From the NCBI GenBank assembly GCA_020536535.1, contig JAHLWZ010000671.1, forward strand, positions 1-59,991: 59,991 nucleotides of DNA. Direction: 5' to 3'. The stretch is from Pelomyxa schiedti (Eukaryota; Protista; Evosea). Shown in pieces: positions 34,299 through 47,985 of this stretch (its first letter is position 1; each line of letters opens with the position of its first letter). The translations under genes were made by a program, and so were the position numbers. The notes beneath the pieces are model-generated. The model was not told where the DNA came from. It made no database searches and saw nothing but the letters and a program-made list of their open reading frames with translations.

Positions 34299-36638
34299 AT
34301 GTGGCACCCAGTGGCTACGGCGAATCGCCTGGAGCAACAGTTAATAGATCTTGCCCACCAGGTGGGTATTGAACTAGTTTCATTTTAGTGACTGGGGAAA
34401 AAAAACCAAGCAAGGAGGGGTGTTTCATGACGAGGAGTTCCCAGCATCTAAGGAGTCCATTATGGGTCCTCTTTCGACCCCTCAGAGTGGTGTTCAGGAT
34501 CCATTTGATATCAATGGTGCAAAAACACAGCAATTTGTATTTGTGAAGCCAATAACTATATAAATGCTGTTATATAGGCTAACTGTTTTACACAGCTGTG
34601 CAGTGGAAGAGGCCTATAGAGATGACTCCACATCCAGCAATGTTTGTGGATGGGGCAAGTGCTGGTGACATTATACAAGGAAACCTTGGTGTGCTTCAAA
34701 TTCATTTCTGGAATACGTGAAAATGGTCTGTTAAATCATTCCCTCACTTGGTACAGGGGATTGCTGGTTTCTTGGTGCTCTGGCCACAGTTGCCAACCGT
34801 CCAGATTTGTAAAATTCCTCCTGTTTCCAGCTTTTTTTTTTTTGACCCCACTGTTTCATCCTCAGGTTGGGGGCTCTGATTGTTGCTCAACACCTTGACT
34901 TGGGATTTATCATTTTCCAGTTTTACAAAGATGGTGAATGGAGGTACCTCAATCTCGAAATACTTTTTGAGTCAAACCCCAAAGATTGGTGTACATCGAT
35001 GACCGACTGCCTTGCTTCGATGGAATGCCACTTTTTGCATCATCACAGGATTTGAATGAACTTTGGGTGCCACTCATGGAAAAAGGTAGGACCATTCATT
35101 ACTTCTGTAATAAACATCCATTCAGCATATGCAAAACTTCATGGAGGATACAACGGGTTGAACACTGGCTCCATTGCATGTATAAATGTATCACCTCTTC
35201 AGTTCTCAAAAAAATAGTTGCATTTGCGGACCTAACTGGAGGTGTTTGTGAATGCCCTGATCTTTTACTGTCTAACGATGAATGGCCACTAATACAAAGG
35301 GCATTGGCTGAAGGTAAAGCATTTATTTTAAATTCAATGTCTTTAAGAAGCACACTTTTCAACAAATTCCTCACACACTTTTTTTTCTTGGTTTTAAAAG
35401 ACTGGCTGCTGGGAGTATCAGCAATTCCTTCTCAAACTCTCCTGGAGGAAAACATCAGAGCAATGGGTGTATGATGCACCCGAACTTAGTATTGGCATTT
35501 ACATCTCCTAGATCCTTCCTCATCATGCTTATTCCATTATCTTTGCCCAAGAAATCGCTTCCCCACCTGAAAGGTTTCACTTTTCTTTAGTTTCTAAGTC
35601 TCTCAATTACATAGCAATTCAGGTTAATTCAGTTAAGGAACCCATGGGGCAACACTGAATGGACTGGTATACCCTACATGTAATGTCTTTTTTTTACCAT
35701 AAGTACAGGGGCGTGGTCTGACAACAGTCCTCAATGGACAAAAGAAGTTATGAGTCAGTTACAAAACCCAGTGCACTTTGGGGATGACGGGACTTTTTGG
35801 TAATTATACTTGTTCCTTAATTTGCAACACCAGTTCATTTAATTAGGATGTGCTGGGCAGACTTCAAGAAGAATTTCAGCAAGGTGGAGTTCTCAACACA
35901 TTCTTTGACTTACCCTAAATGTAGCTTGTCGTCTGTCATTTGTACCAAGATATTGTAACCTACCTTCCTTCTCCGACTTTGAAATTAATACAACATGGAT
36001 AGAAAGGGACACTCTACAAGTCTTGGAGGCTGGAGAGCCAATGGGTTGGACCTACTGCTGGCGGTTCTCAGAACAATGCTACTTGGCCAAATAATCCTCA
36101 GTATGTCATAGATAAATTTCAGCGGCTCACATTATTTAGGTTTTGCATTATCAATCCCAACGCCGAAGCTGTGACCGTGCATGTAATGCCTCCATTCCTC
36201 AACTCTGCTAAATCTTGGCTCACAGATATCACTTTCAACACAAGACAACAGATGGGCCCGTGATACTAACATTCCTATCAGCTATGACATTCTCTGCATT
36301 GGATTTTTAGTTTTCTGGGTCCAAGGTTAGCTCTCTATTTCCACAGCTGTAAACGGATTAACACAACAAAAACCAGACCCCACAACCAAGGTTCGAAAAG
36401 GAGCCAAAGCGAAACTCATAGCTAAAAGTGGAGAGTACATAAATAGACGCGAAGGTAACCTCGTAACATTCTCATTCTCCCACATTCTCTCACATTTATC
36501 CTAGTGGGAAAAGAACTTCGCTTAGAACCAGGTCAAAACTACATGGTTGTACCTGCTACATTCAAACCTGGAGAGTGCTCCCGTTTTTCCATGACTGTGT
36601 TTTGCCCACAGCAGATAAAATTTGCTGAAGTTTATTGA
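34299..36638 (+). CDS. Calpain-family cysteine protease (CysPc + domain III)
   Basis: FHDEEFPAS, QGNLG/DCWFLGALA (catalytic Cys), VYIDDRLP, LWVPLMEK/AYAKLHGGY, GILPHHAYSI (His), LRNPWG (Asn), domain III WVGPTAGGS..WPNNPQY. TGA at 36636-36638. Confidence 0.92.
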
Positions 36639-36733
36639 AAAAGAGGAGTGTTGTGATAAGTATCACGTTTATTTATTGGGTGTGCCAAAATAGTGAATTT
36701 TTTTAAATGATATGGAGGTGCAGGTCATATCTT

Positions 36734-39700
36734 TTAGATGAACAGAGGAGGGGAGTTGGTCTTGTGTTCCGATGTGGAAGTGGATTCATGTTGCTGGACA
36801 GTGAAGGTAGTTGTGCCATGTGTGTTGCCGTCGTCTGTGTCTCCTTCCTCAACTGTTTCCGTGGATGTAACAATGTGAAGCTGTCTGTGTGCGGTTGTAA
36901 CTGTGGTTGTGGAGAACACTCCCTCATCACCACCGGCTGTGTTTGCTTCCGTTTCAGTGGTGTTTGATGTGGTGGGGGTTGTTGTGTTGGGGGGTATGGG
37001 CTGGTCCTCGTCAATGCTCACGCAAAGATCATGGGCGTAGCTGTGCTCAAGGTGACCGCGGGGCGTTTCTTCCAGTTCTGGTTCTTTGTGCAGGTTGAGG
37101 AGGAACTGCTCAGATATTTCCAGAGCTTTCAATTCGTTGTCATAGTTTTTACGAAGTTCTCTGAGTTGCATTTCTGTGGCTTGCTTTTTTTTCTTTAAAG
37201 ATTGGCGTTTCTTGGTGAGAAGCTCAATCCCCAGTTGCGACAAATACAAGTTATCAGCTGCATTGTTGGAGTTACAAAGGGCGAAAGAGGAAAGTGATAC
37301 CGTTCGAGGGATATAGCCACTCTTGCCACTCTAACCACGGGAACTTAGGATTCAAATTTAGTGGGGCATGGGGTAGCTCGATGTGAAGTTTTAATCTACG
37401 CGGAGCAGGAGCCGACATGTTTTGCGAACAGAACTGCTCAGAAGCACCTACTATGGCATGTTGCATCAATTCCTTATCTCGCTTCAAAAGATCTTGTGTG
37501 CGTTGTCTCCACTGGCCGAGTTTTCGTTCTACATCACTCTTTTGTAGGTTGATTATACTAATATTGTTCAGTTCGCCAAACCTTCTTGCCTTGAAGCTTG
37601 GTAGCCTTTTTCACATCATCAGGTGTAAGGATATGTGATTTACTTTTTTGTTCGTTCTCCTCTTCTACATCCGAAAGCTTGTCAGTGAGTTTCTCAAGCT
37701 TTACATTGTTAGAATGCCAAGGTAAAGTTTTTTTTTGTTTGAAGTACCTCAGCATGTGTATGCACGGTCTTTTTTACTAAATCATAGTGCATGCTGTCAA
37801 TCAGGGTGTGAATATCCCAAAGGAGAGCTTGGTGGAATGCAAAATATCTCTGCTTTCGCTCTTGGAGAATCTTTTTAAAAAAATATGAAGTCTACTTTAG
37901 GCCTGAAGATATAATCGGATAACGAAACCTGATTGCAAGACTCCAGTGAAATGAGTGATTTAGATACTGTCTCCCAGGCGTCTTTGGTGAGTTCACCATC
38001 TCTTGTCTACACATCAATGTTAAATTTTGTTAATGAGAAGGAAATCACACAAAGGTCATTCTGCTCTTTTGCTTATTGGTAAGTGATTCCTTAGCCTGTT
38101 TACTGAGGTTTGATAAATCCGGTTGTCTGGAACCCGATATTTGGGGTTCACTTTGCCTTATACCAGCCTTGATGGTAAGAACTTGATCCAGTTGTGCTTG
38201 AAGATTCCTTTTTTGTTCGTGCTTTTTCCGATAGAGACCCTTTTTTTTTTGTTGTTAGTTTGCTTTCTGGGTTAGTTAAAGAAATGCTGGTGCTCAACGA
38301 GTAAGAAGGCCATGGCTAAGGAAATGTCATCCGTTTCCTTATCAACTGTGTTCAATTGCTCATTCAAAGAAGCCTCTTTTGACAGTAGATCCTCGTGAGA
38401 TCTCTCCAACTTTTCCTCTACGGTGTTGATGGCCTCATCAAGAGATCTGCACATGAGGTCCTTAAGAAAATTTAATGAAAGAGATTATATACCTAATATC
38501 TAATGTTGCCAGTTGATCTTCTTCTACAATTTGGTCAACAGCATTACTGCACTGTTGCCGGTAAATCGATGCATTTGGGAACTCTCTGAAGTCACGGTTC
38601 TCATCAATTGTACCAAGTGAGATGTATACCTGAAATACTCATTTCTTGAAGCATATTCATGAATAGTGTCTATCAAGAGGTTGCTCTCGATTAGTTCTTG
38701 TTTCTTTTGGATAAGTGATTGTTCTGCCTCTTGATTGTGGATCTATTTTGTGATAAGAGGCGTTTCACATGGAAATGGAACTTGTACCATTTCAAGTGGA
38801 CTGTGTGTACGACTGGATGACAGGTCTTCTGGTTTTGTCGCTTCATCTATCAAAGGCCTCAAGTGATTCTTGTCATCCTCTATCAGTTTTTCGAGGTCTG
38901 GGCATTGCCCAGTCTAACTAGAATTACAATTGACATGCCAAGATTTTTCCACACCTTTTTAATGAATTCCGCCACTCTACTAACTATTACTTCTGGTGAA
39001 TTCAGGGACGGGTCGGATGAAGAGACTGTGGTGCGGGTCACAACACTTTCAGTTCGACAATAAGTTGTTTTGCTCAGACAATCCTTCACGTGGGCTGCAA
39101 GGGTCTCCGTATTAGCAAGTAGATCGCCAAGTTTTTGTTTCTCCACTTCAGGCTAAAAGTGGTCATCCATAGCTTGAAAGAATGTGCCGCATACGAGATA
39201 TTCATCAGGGTCAAACTTCGGAATTTCAATAGAGGGTGATGGTTGGCAAGACGCAGGGATGAGTTTCTCTTCAGGTAACTTGAGGGGAGCTGAGGCATGC
39301 AAATCCAATGTCAATGAAGCTGGTGTGTATGAGCAAAATGGATGCCAAGGTGAATACCTGCCTTGATTTTCTTCCACAGGCTGTTGAGCAAGGTATTCTG
39401 CTTGGACCTCTTGAATGTGCTTCAGTGGTTGAGCCAAAAGGGATTTCAAGGATTGGATATCTTCTTCTCCCTTGACCCCCTCTTCCAGTGAATCAGGAAA
39501 GGTGAAACTGGGGAGGTTATGTATACCTAAGTAAGACAGCATCCATGTAGCAAGAGTCTCAAAAGCAGGTTTACCACTGTCACTAAACCAATGTCAACAT
39601 TGTAAAGTAGAATTTTTCGATTACCAATTGCTGGAGTTCCTAAAAAAGTCATAAAGCTCTTGCAACATGACGGCTGGTTGAGGGGTAGGTTCTACTGTGT

Positions 39701-40307
39701 TAAACTGTGGCTGGGGTCTAGCAGGAGACGGAGGTGGAGTCATTGGCATACAAGGAGTCCCATTTATGGGGGAGGGTGCAGGAGGTGGTTGCGAAAAGGT
39801 CAGAATGCGATGTGGTGACGATGGCGGTTGCATGAGTGGTTGGTTGACTTGGTACAGAAGAGCTTGAAGAGGCGGCGGGAGGTTTCCCGTGTCAGACTGC
39901 GTCATAGAGTAACTACCCACAGAGAACGAAGGAGGAAGGGGCGGGTGACCCACAATTCTGGAAGCGACCAAATTGGACGTTGGTGTGCAGGGTGCCGACG
40001 CAGAGAAAGTAGCAAGGGGGGAAGATGGAAGGTGCGCAATTGGCGGGCATATCGGCGTCACAGGAGACGTGAGCACAGAAGGGATCTGCGTCGCAGGGCC
40101 CATAGGCGTAGATGGAGCCGAGATCGTGGTTGCGACGGGAGGCCGCGACACCGAAGCGGGGGTCGCTAACGGCGTTGGAGTCGTCACTGCAGGAGGAACA
40201 ACTGACGCATCAGACTGTGCCTGTGTCTGCGGTGGTGGCTGTGGCGGCGGCTGCGGTTGCGGCTTAGGACTTGTTTGAGGCCAAAGGTACCCTAGTATGC
40301 TCGACAT
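36734..40307 (-). CDS. Hypothetical protein, Pro-rich N-terminus and long coiled-coil region
   Basis: Chain of same-strand ORFs (39621-40307, 39153-39542, 38883-39146, 38272-38454, 37558-37755, 36734-37249) separated by short GT-AG introns, with heptad-rich segments. No family recognised. Confidence 0.55.
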
Positions 40308-40329
40308 GCTGCGCGCAACGCAAAGCGAT

Positions 40330-41329
40330 TTATGTTTCTTTTGAGATCTGGCTGAAAGGAAGCAAAAAAACCATTTTTAGAATCAGGGGAATTAAGATGC
40401 CAACCGAGCCACATGGCATACGAACCCCAACACGAAAGCACATCTCCAGCGCATAACTTGTAACAAAATGATGGCCGGAGGGGAAGGAGCTTCGAAGGTA
40501 GATCAGATGACCGGGGACCAAAGTGGGCTTCCGTAGAACATCCTTTTCTGTAATCACAACTGCAACAAATGTCGAAAAAGGAGAAGAGGGCCGGAGGTAA
40601 ACGCGAAGCTACCAACGCACCATTATCAGCGGATGACGATCCGTACATATGCATTTCCTCGACACGAATTTTCAAGTTTCGTCACGAGGAGGTACCTACG
40701 CGATTTTTTCCTTTTTTTTCCCTAATACTTCTTTTTTTACGTTATAGTTGTGTTTGGTAGTATCTAGACCATGGCGTTTGAAACACCATATGGAGCCACA
40801 CGAAATCTTCGAGGCAGGATTGAGCGCCACATGTTGCTATCCTGTGACCCTTAATGGTACTTCAAGTTGTACGATTCGCATTGCGAATTGAAATCCCACA
40901 TAGAAGTGTGTTGCACACGTTGTTGCGGATCCGCTGGCAAAGTTGTACGCATTTGTGTTGCTTCCCACAGCCCCTCCTTGGATTTAGATACCCAAATCGA
41001 AAAGTATTGCTTCAGTGTGCAGTCTATATGTTCCTCATCACGGTATCTTAGTTCAAAAACAAGTAGCCACTAATTTTCTTTTGGTAGTGACCACATAAGA
41101 TCGCCAGTTGTTATAGTTATTCGGTCACTTGGTAGCACTCCACTGAAAACTCCACCACTTCATCTCCGTTCACGCTGTCCAAGGAAAAGTCCTTCATCCT
41201 CTCCACCCTCAGACCCCGTAACTGGTATTGGTTTTAAAATTTAGACTTACACTTATTGAGCACAATAGACACCCCAAACGGCAGTGAGGATTCTTCTCCG
41301 AAATTCTCAACCAACAAAGTTACCGCCAT
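40330..41329 (-). CDS. Hypothetical protein (exon structure uncertain)
   Basis: Coding-like segments MAVTLLVENFGEE.., WLLVFELRYRDEEHIDCTLKQYF and EKDVLRKPTLVPGHLIYLRSSFPSGHHF, separated by intron-like gaps. Confidence 0.3.
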
Positions 41330-41766
41330 GGTGCCACCATTATTAACTAACAGTATTATTCAGCCTTATCAATCACCAACGCTTTACACTCCTGGTCCAG
41401 GTACCTTGTTGAATTGTAACTTGGCTACCAACTAACGTTTATCTAGCACTGTTAGTGATTGTGCGTCTGCTACAAGTTAATATCCCACCTTCTCTAGTCA
41501 GCACTGCAATTGCTACAGCCAGGTTCACTGCCCAGAATACGATTGGGACAGGAATGCTGGCTTTTCAGTATAAGCTTGTGACTCCGTCAGTAGATGGGAG
41601 GAGTGGTGTCTGGCTATTAACTGCAAGGTACGCAAGCAGCATCGACAGTGCAAAAGGACGCAAGTTCTTTGCTGATATTATCTCCAATGGTGTTAAGAAT
41701 CCGTTCAACAGCAATCTGCTGTCAAGCAATTCAGTTCAGAGCTTGGCACTTATGACTAGTTGGTAA
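41328..41766 (+). CDS. Small hypothetical protein (~130 aa, 2 exons)
   Basis: ATG at 41328, exon 1 to 41400, GT-AG intron 41401-41446 with CTAAC, then in-frame continuation into ORF 41455-41766. Confidence 0.35.
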
Positions 41767-41906
41767 CGCCTTCACCTGTGTGATACTATTGTAAAAAAAA
41801 ACCCCTGAGGAGGAATAATTCCCTCCTTAAGAGTGTAGCATGAACAAAAACAGAATAAATAAAACAACCCTCTTTTTTAAAAATCTCATTTACTCCACAT
41901 CGTCCA

Positions 41907-42741
41907 TTACCTCTGGGCATAAAACATGGTGCACCCAACAGGGACAAGTCCATTAGCAGAAGCAAAGCCGTTGACCTTCCAAGCACCACGATTGTCTCTG
42001 TTTAGAAATGAGATACAGTACGACAAATGAAAGTGTGGGCAGTACCCAAATGGGGAAGCAGTCACTGGCTTATTCTGACGGAACAGCAAGAAAATGTAGC
42101 GGTGGGGACCAGTACCTGGTGGTGGTGCAGGGCCCCTTTTGCATGTGTTTAGTCGACGCATTTTGTGGTGCAGAAGAAAAAGTACATGTATGAGGCAAGT
42201 GTTTTTCCAGCACTAAGGTCAGAACCGGGAATATTCACCACAACCCAATGCCTCCTGTATCAGTATTAATTTATTGAGATTCTGGAAGATAGGGAACACT
42301 ACCATTCCCTGAACTTGGGAGACGCACGTGATGGGGCATCTGTGATTTAAATGAGTCATACAAGAATAGTTACAACAAACCCGCTTCTACTATGTTACGC
42401 AGTATACTATTAAAAAAAAAAAAAAAAGACATAAAGTGTTGCTAGCTGTTTAGACTTAATATTCCCTAATAGCTAGCCAACACTTTTAGTACTTCTCGGG
42501 CAATTGTTACTGGTAATCAAAACAAGGAGACAGGATTACCCGGATCAGTCATCACGAGGGTGTACAAGGTCGATGGGGACTCCGGAGCCCACGACACCTT
42601 TGGCGCCGCGGCGGCCTGAGGAGGCGTGAGGTTGTTCATGGAGACCGCGACGCCACCGTAGGTCACACCAAGCTCGACTACGGGCTCGAAGGGCTGGATC
42701 ACGTCCGCCATCTCACTACCAAGTGTCTTGGATCCGGACAT
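41907..42741 (-). CDS. Phosphatidylethanolamine-binding protein (PEBP/RKIP family)
   Basis: LYTLVMTDP/DAPSRASPKFREW/RHWVVVNIPG..GPAPPPGTGPHRYIFLLFRQ..NRGAWKV..F. Confidence 0.93.
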
Positions 42742-42979
42742 TGTTTGTTGCCTACCGATTCGTCACACTTACTTACTTGGACCTGGTTTTTTTTTTTGTT
42801 TTTCATTTTTGCACGTGATGATCTGTTGTTACACGATTTCTCCGCAAGGTAACCACACGTATTGCAACGCAGCCCGGCCACCCGACATAGTGCGCTTAGG
42901 CCAGGGATACAACGCAGCAGTCGTGGGGAGGAAGAGAGCAAGGGATGCGTGCTGGATTACACAGTGCAGGGTCTTCGAG

Positions 42980-43127
42980 GCTGAATCACGTTTTGTTGTG
43001 TGAGGGGATGGTGGTTTGCTGAATCACGTTGTGAAATGTGGATGGTTTGCTGAATCACGTTTTGTACTGTAAATGGTGGCCGGGAGTGGTGCGGAATTGG
43101 TTGGTGGGTTTGCTGCATGGTTTGCTG
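42980..43127. promoter_or_regulatory. Triplicated GCTGAATCACGTT motif in the divergent PEBP/kinase intergenic region
   Basis: Exact 13-mer at 42980, 43018 and 43049 (the last two extend to GGTTTGCTGAATCACGTT), plus partial GGTTTGCTG at 43107 and 43119. Function is inferred only. Confidence 0.35.
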
Positions 43128-43352
43128 AGATCTGGAGTTGACTTTGCTGGTAATTTTGTTGTAGCAGACTCGCGGACTTTGTCGCAGACTATGTCGAAGA
43201 CTTTACTGGTTCTACGCTTCACCACCCCATTCTTTATTGTTTTTTTTTTGTTCTTTGTTAGATCTTCACCTTTTTTGCCTGACATTTTATTTTTAATTTG
43301 TTTTTCCGCATAAATTTGTTTCCCAATCAAAATTTTTTTTAGACTGACACCG

Positions 43353-46020
43353 ATGATGCGGAGAAGCCTTGGACGTGGATTGTATCCCATAATCACCGCA
43401 GCTGCTGCGTATCACGGGCCCACGCAGACCCCACTGCCCGTTGGAGGTCGTACTGGCCTACTGCCCCACCCTTCTCGTAGTGGTTGTACTAGTAGTTCTG
43501 GTGCTGCCGTGAGTGCGCCTCCTCCACCCACAATCACGCGTGTGCAACTGCAACCCCCTCCTCAGTGGTTCCCAAGCCAGAGGCAGTTCCCACAGCCTCC
43601 TTCGCCGATGTTTCCGTGCGTGATTTCAGCAAAGACAAGTGATGGGAGCATGTTTAGGGGGCTGCAGTGCTATAACCGCGTAAGTAGTGGTGGTGAATTC
43701 AACACTTTGGTCACACAGCATCCATCCATCGCGACGATGGCCTCGAGCAATTAGGGAGAGATATGAGAACGTGTACGATTCCATCCTGTTTTTTTTTTTC
43801 TTTTTGCGTGATATAGTTGAGCGTGATACGGACTAACCTTTGTGTAGGCACCAAGTCAGTGTTCAATTTAATTCTTACAATATGTTCATATCTTTCACAA
43901 CCGCCGATGCCTATAATACAGCTTATGACAGAGAAAAAGGTGCCCTTCAACCTGTTTGTATCATAGACCGTGAAGAGGGAAGTTCTTCTGCACAACAGCA
44001 ACAACGACAAAAGCTAGACCCACCACCGCCCTCAGAGATTCTTCCACATAAGGTTCATGAAAGCGCTAGTAGAGCTACCCCCCTTGCCGTACAGGGGCTC
44101 CACGTACTCCTACCAGAGCCAGGTCATGATGGTCTCCAGTCTGAGGAACAGCTACCACCCCAAAAGCAAGACCGGACGCCTCCCTCGGAGCAATTGCAAC
44201 ATAAGATTCAGGAAAGCACTAGTAGAGCCTCTAGGAAACCGGCTGCAGTGCCTGTCGCTAATGGCTGCCAAGTTCAAGCCCCTCAGCTAGATCGTGGTGG
44301 TGTCCCCTCTGAAGAAGAGCATGCACTGCTAGAGCAATTTCCACCCTCAGCTCCAGCGCTACAGCATGTACCACGACAACAGCATGTATTGCTAGAGCCA
44401 GGACAACTGCTACCGACAAAGGACCCTCTCGTACGTGAGCTTGAGGACCTTGGTTATGTTGTGGAACAGTTCGAAAACATCAAATTCAACCGACAGGGAA
44501 AAAAACTAGGAGAAGGTGCCTATGGCACTGTTCTCCAAGGTTTGCTATTTGAGTCAGTAACTTAATTCATTGTTCTTAAGCAACATTGTGGGGAAATCCA
44601 GTGGCAATTAAAATACTGAAACCGGAGACGACAAACGAAAAGTATCTCCAGGAAATCAATCTCCTCAGGTTATTATTAGATGCAGACATTAATTTAACTT
44701 AGCTCTCCTTAGACGGGGGACTGGGAAAAATGTTGTTCATCTTCAAGGTTGTCTGTAACACTAGCGGGTGAAATCTACAACTAAAAATTTCCAGGGGTTT
44801 GCGTCCATGAAGGCAAGAGGATCATGATTCTTGAATGGATGCACACTGATTTATGGGAACTACTATATGGAAGCAAAGATAATCTACCGAAGCCACTGCA
44901 AGCCCAATGGGGTGGAGATGGATGGCCACTACCTATAAAAATAAAGCTTGGACTGACACTTGTGAGACATCTTCCTCTTTTTCTTACTCCAAGAATTAGT
45001 TCTTCTAACACTTCTTTTCTTACACACAAGTCCCGCGGTGTTTACTGGCTTAAGAAACATGCCGGCATTGTTCACCGGTATGACTATTTAGAATTTCCAG
45101 TACTCATGAAGGACAGAGATTTAAAGCCAGGAAACTGTCTTGTGGACGCACGTTTTAATATTAAGGTATTTCAGAAATCTGTGACACTGTTAACAAAAAA
45201 ATTCACAGGTGGCCGATTTTGGCACCGGCAAGCGATTTCCCTTTTCCTTCAATGATGAGGATATGCCTGGAACGTGTATGTGGAGTACCAATTCAACACA
45301 CACTAAATCTCCCAAAGACCAATACTTGTGCCCAGAAGTAATGAAGAGCGGGCTTACAGCGACGACATTTCAGCTGGATGTGTATGCAGTTGGAGCTCCG
45401 TACCTTCGTTTTTCGCTCATTTCCCCGTAGTTATGCAGTGGGACTGCTGTTGTATGAGTTGCTGGCTGAAAAGCAGGTCTTCACCAAGTATTTCAAGAAT
45501 ATCACAGATTGGAACGATCCACGAGCCGAAAAAGCCCGACAAGCACTGTATGCAGATGTTATCTCAGGGGTGAGGCCCCGGGTACCAGAAATTATCCCTA
45601 AAGGACCGAACAAAGGGCAATTGACTCCAAGACTTCTGAATTTTCTCGTCAGCCTTTTTTTTTTCCCCTTTGTCTAAATTGCACTCAGAAACGGCTCATA
45701 GAGCGTTGTTTGGAAGCCGAGCCAACCAGAGTAAGAACAAATTCTGTGACTGACATTGCCCTTAACAACTGTATTTCCAGAGGCCAACCATTGAGCAAGT
45801 TGTTTGTATACTGCAGGCTCTGTATTCTCAGTACAAAGTGGAGGACGATGAGGATGGCCACGAGGACGACGATGAAGACCTGCAGAAACTGCAGGAAGCT
45901 GTTGCGTTCATAGAAGCTGATGCTGAAACTGAGGCGGAAGATGATCATCATGATGTTGAATTTGAGGAAGTTGACCCAGAGATTCCACCCGAATTTGTAG
46001 AGGTTGAGGATGACGAGTAA
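43353..46020 (+). CDS. Cytosolic TKL-group protein kinase with low-complexity N-terminus and acidic tail
   Basis: LGEGAYGTV, VAIKIL, IVHR/DLKPGNCLV, VADFG, GT..YLCPE, DVYA/YAVGLLLYE, RPTIEQV, then a D/E-rich tail ending TAA at 46020. The start is approximate. Confidence 0.88.
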
Positions 46021-46059
46021 AGCAGAAAGAAAAAATCCTGTTTTGTTCCTCTTTATTTA

Positions 46060-47985
46060 TTACTCATTTGATTTTGGAGTTGTGGGTGAGGAAAGAGAAG
46101 AAGCTTTTTGGAGTTGTTCCACTTGGCTTTGGAGTTGCTGAAGCTGTTGTAAGAAGTTGTTGTGGTGATATGTGGTGGATTCTTGTGTGGTTGTTGTCGT
46201 GGCATTCAGTTTTTCTCTCAACTCCTTTGCCTCGGCTCTGGCTTCTCTCTCTTGTTGCTGGGAAAGCTCCAGTGAAGCCCGCATGAGCTCCGCAACATGG
46301 CAGGCATTGTCGGAAACGGTTTTCATTGTTTCCAGCTGTTTCCTCAGCTCTCCGGCCTCCCTCTTCGTCATCTCGTAGTCCTTCTTCAACTCGATTTCTC
46401 TCCTGCGGTATTCTTCTACTTGTTGATGAGTTTGCTCCTGAGTGCGTTCGATTTCTCGTTCGGCCTCTTCCACTCGTTTCTGGTATTCCTCCACTTGCTT
46501 TCTCATTTCCACCCTGTAGTGCAGCAACTCTGTGTGTGACTTGTGACTGGCTTTTTGGAGTTCGTCCACCTCTTTGTGTGCCTCATCGGCCTCCTTTCTC
46601 AATTCGCATGCTTCTTTGTGTGAATTTGACAGCATCCCACGCAGGTCCGCCATTTGTTGCCTCAGTGATTCAACAATCTCTGAACTGTTTGTCCCCTCTT
46701 TCAAGCCGTCTTGCTGATCGGGTTCTGATAAGCAGCAGCAAGAACTCGTTGTTGTGTCTGCGGGAACACTTGTTCCTTTCTTCAGTGATGATGCCGGAAA
46801 AGGAGGTTGTTGAAATGATGTTGATGACGTGCCGGGATTTGCGCCACAATTTCTGGTTGGCGACTCTGGGATGATGATGTTAGGGTCAGTCTCTCTTTTG
46901 TGAATCGGGCTTATTCCAACACCAATATTTGAAGGTGTATTGGGAGTATCGCGGCTGCTGAGGCGGCTGGTTGTGGAGGTTGGTTTGGTTGGGGAAGTGC
47001 AGTAACTTGTGTTTGTGTTTGTTGTGTTCATGGAGGAGTTGTTGGAACTGATGTCTTTGAAACTGAATTGCAGACCTTCGCATTCCTCCTCAGCACGATT
47101 GGTGTGTTCTTCAATGAGGGTGCATTGCGTGGTTTTCTCCTCAAGAAAATCCAGCAAAGGGTTTAACTCTCGAAGGAGCTATTTGGTTGTTGGTTTGATA
47201 TTTATGAGTGGTGTTATGTTGTTATCAAACCAACGACAAGAGGGTTGTTGTTTTGACATACAATATCACGGTTTTCTTTGGTCAAGGGATTCAGCAATGA
47301 ACTTGCTGGTTTAATTCCACAATTGCTGGTTTGTTTTCCTTGGTAAGAATAGAAGAGAAGTGAAAGCTTGTTGCCCTTACTTGCAAACTAACTCCAGCCA
47401 CTCTCTGAGTTGCCTTTGGTCATGCAAAGTGTACTGTCCTGCCAAGGAGAGTCGTACGGTCAGACGGTTTCGTGTTGCTTTAACCGTGACGCGACTCAAG
47501 AAAGAAAATAACCTGGATTTGTGCTCAGCAAAAGAGACAATTTTCTCCTGCACAGTGGTGCCAATTTTGAAACGTCGACTTTCTCCCCCTCGTCATAGAG
47601 TGAGTATCATTTTTTAAATATAGAGACTCTAACAAAACGAACACTAGTAAAATGTGCATTTACGTGTGGTGAAAGGTAAAAATAAAAGGCATTGTAGAGC
47701 AGAGAAAAGCAACCAACCAAAAAGTGAGTGAAGGCAAATTGGGAGAAAACTACTTACATGTGGCACGAAAGGATCGCCCATTCGCCTCAACAACATGTTG
47801 CGGTACTTGGTGCTGCAACGCGGCGGGTGCAAATTTGCCACATCGCTGCGATACTCCAGCGCCAGTTTGTACACGAGTTCGCCAAAGAACGTAGCCGGCG
47901 TGGCACCCCCCTGGTCCTGTCCTTGACTCGCATCCACTCCGGCGTGCAGCGGTGGCGACCCACCTCGGCTCGTGTCAGATTGCAT
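46060..47985 (-). CDS. Hypothetical coiled-coil protein
   Basis: 365-aa terminal ORF 46060-47157 with strong E/K/R/Q heptads, plus upstream exons back to ATG 47985 (MQSDTSRGG..). Confidence 0.6.

Noticed and set aside
43055-43396. Lys-rich minus-strand ORF between PEBP and the kinase
   Set aside because: Composition is explained by T-runs on the plus strand upstream of the kinase. There is no domain or splice support.
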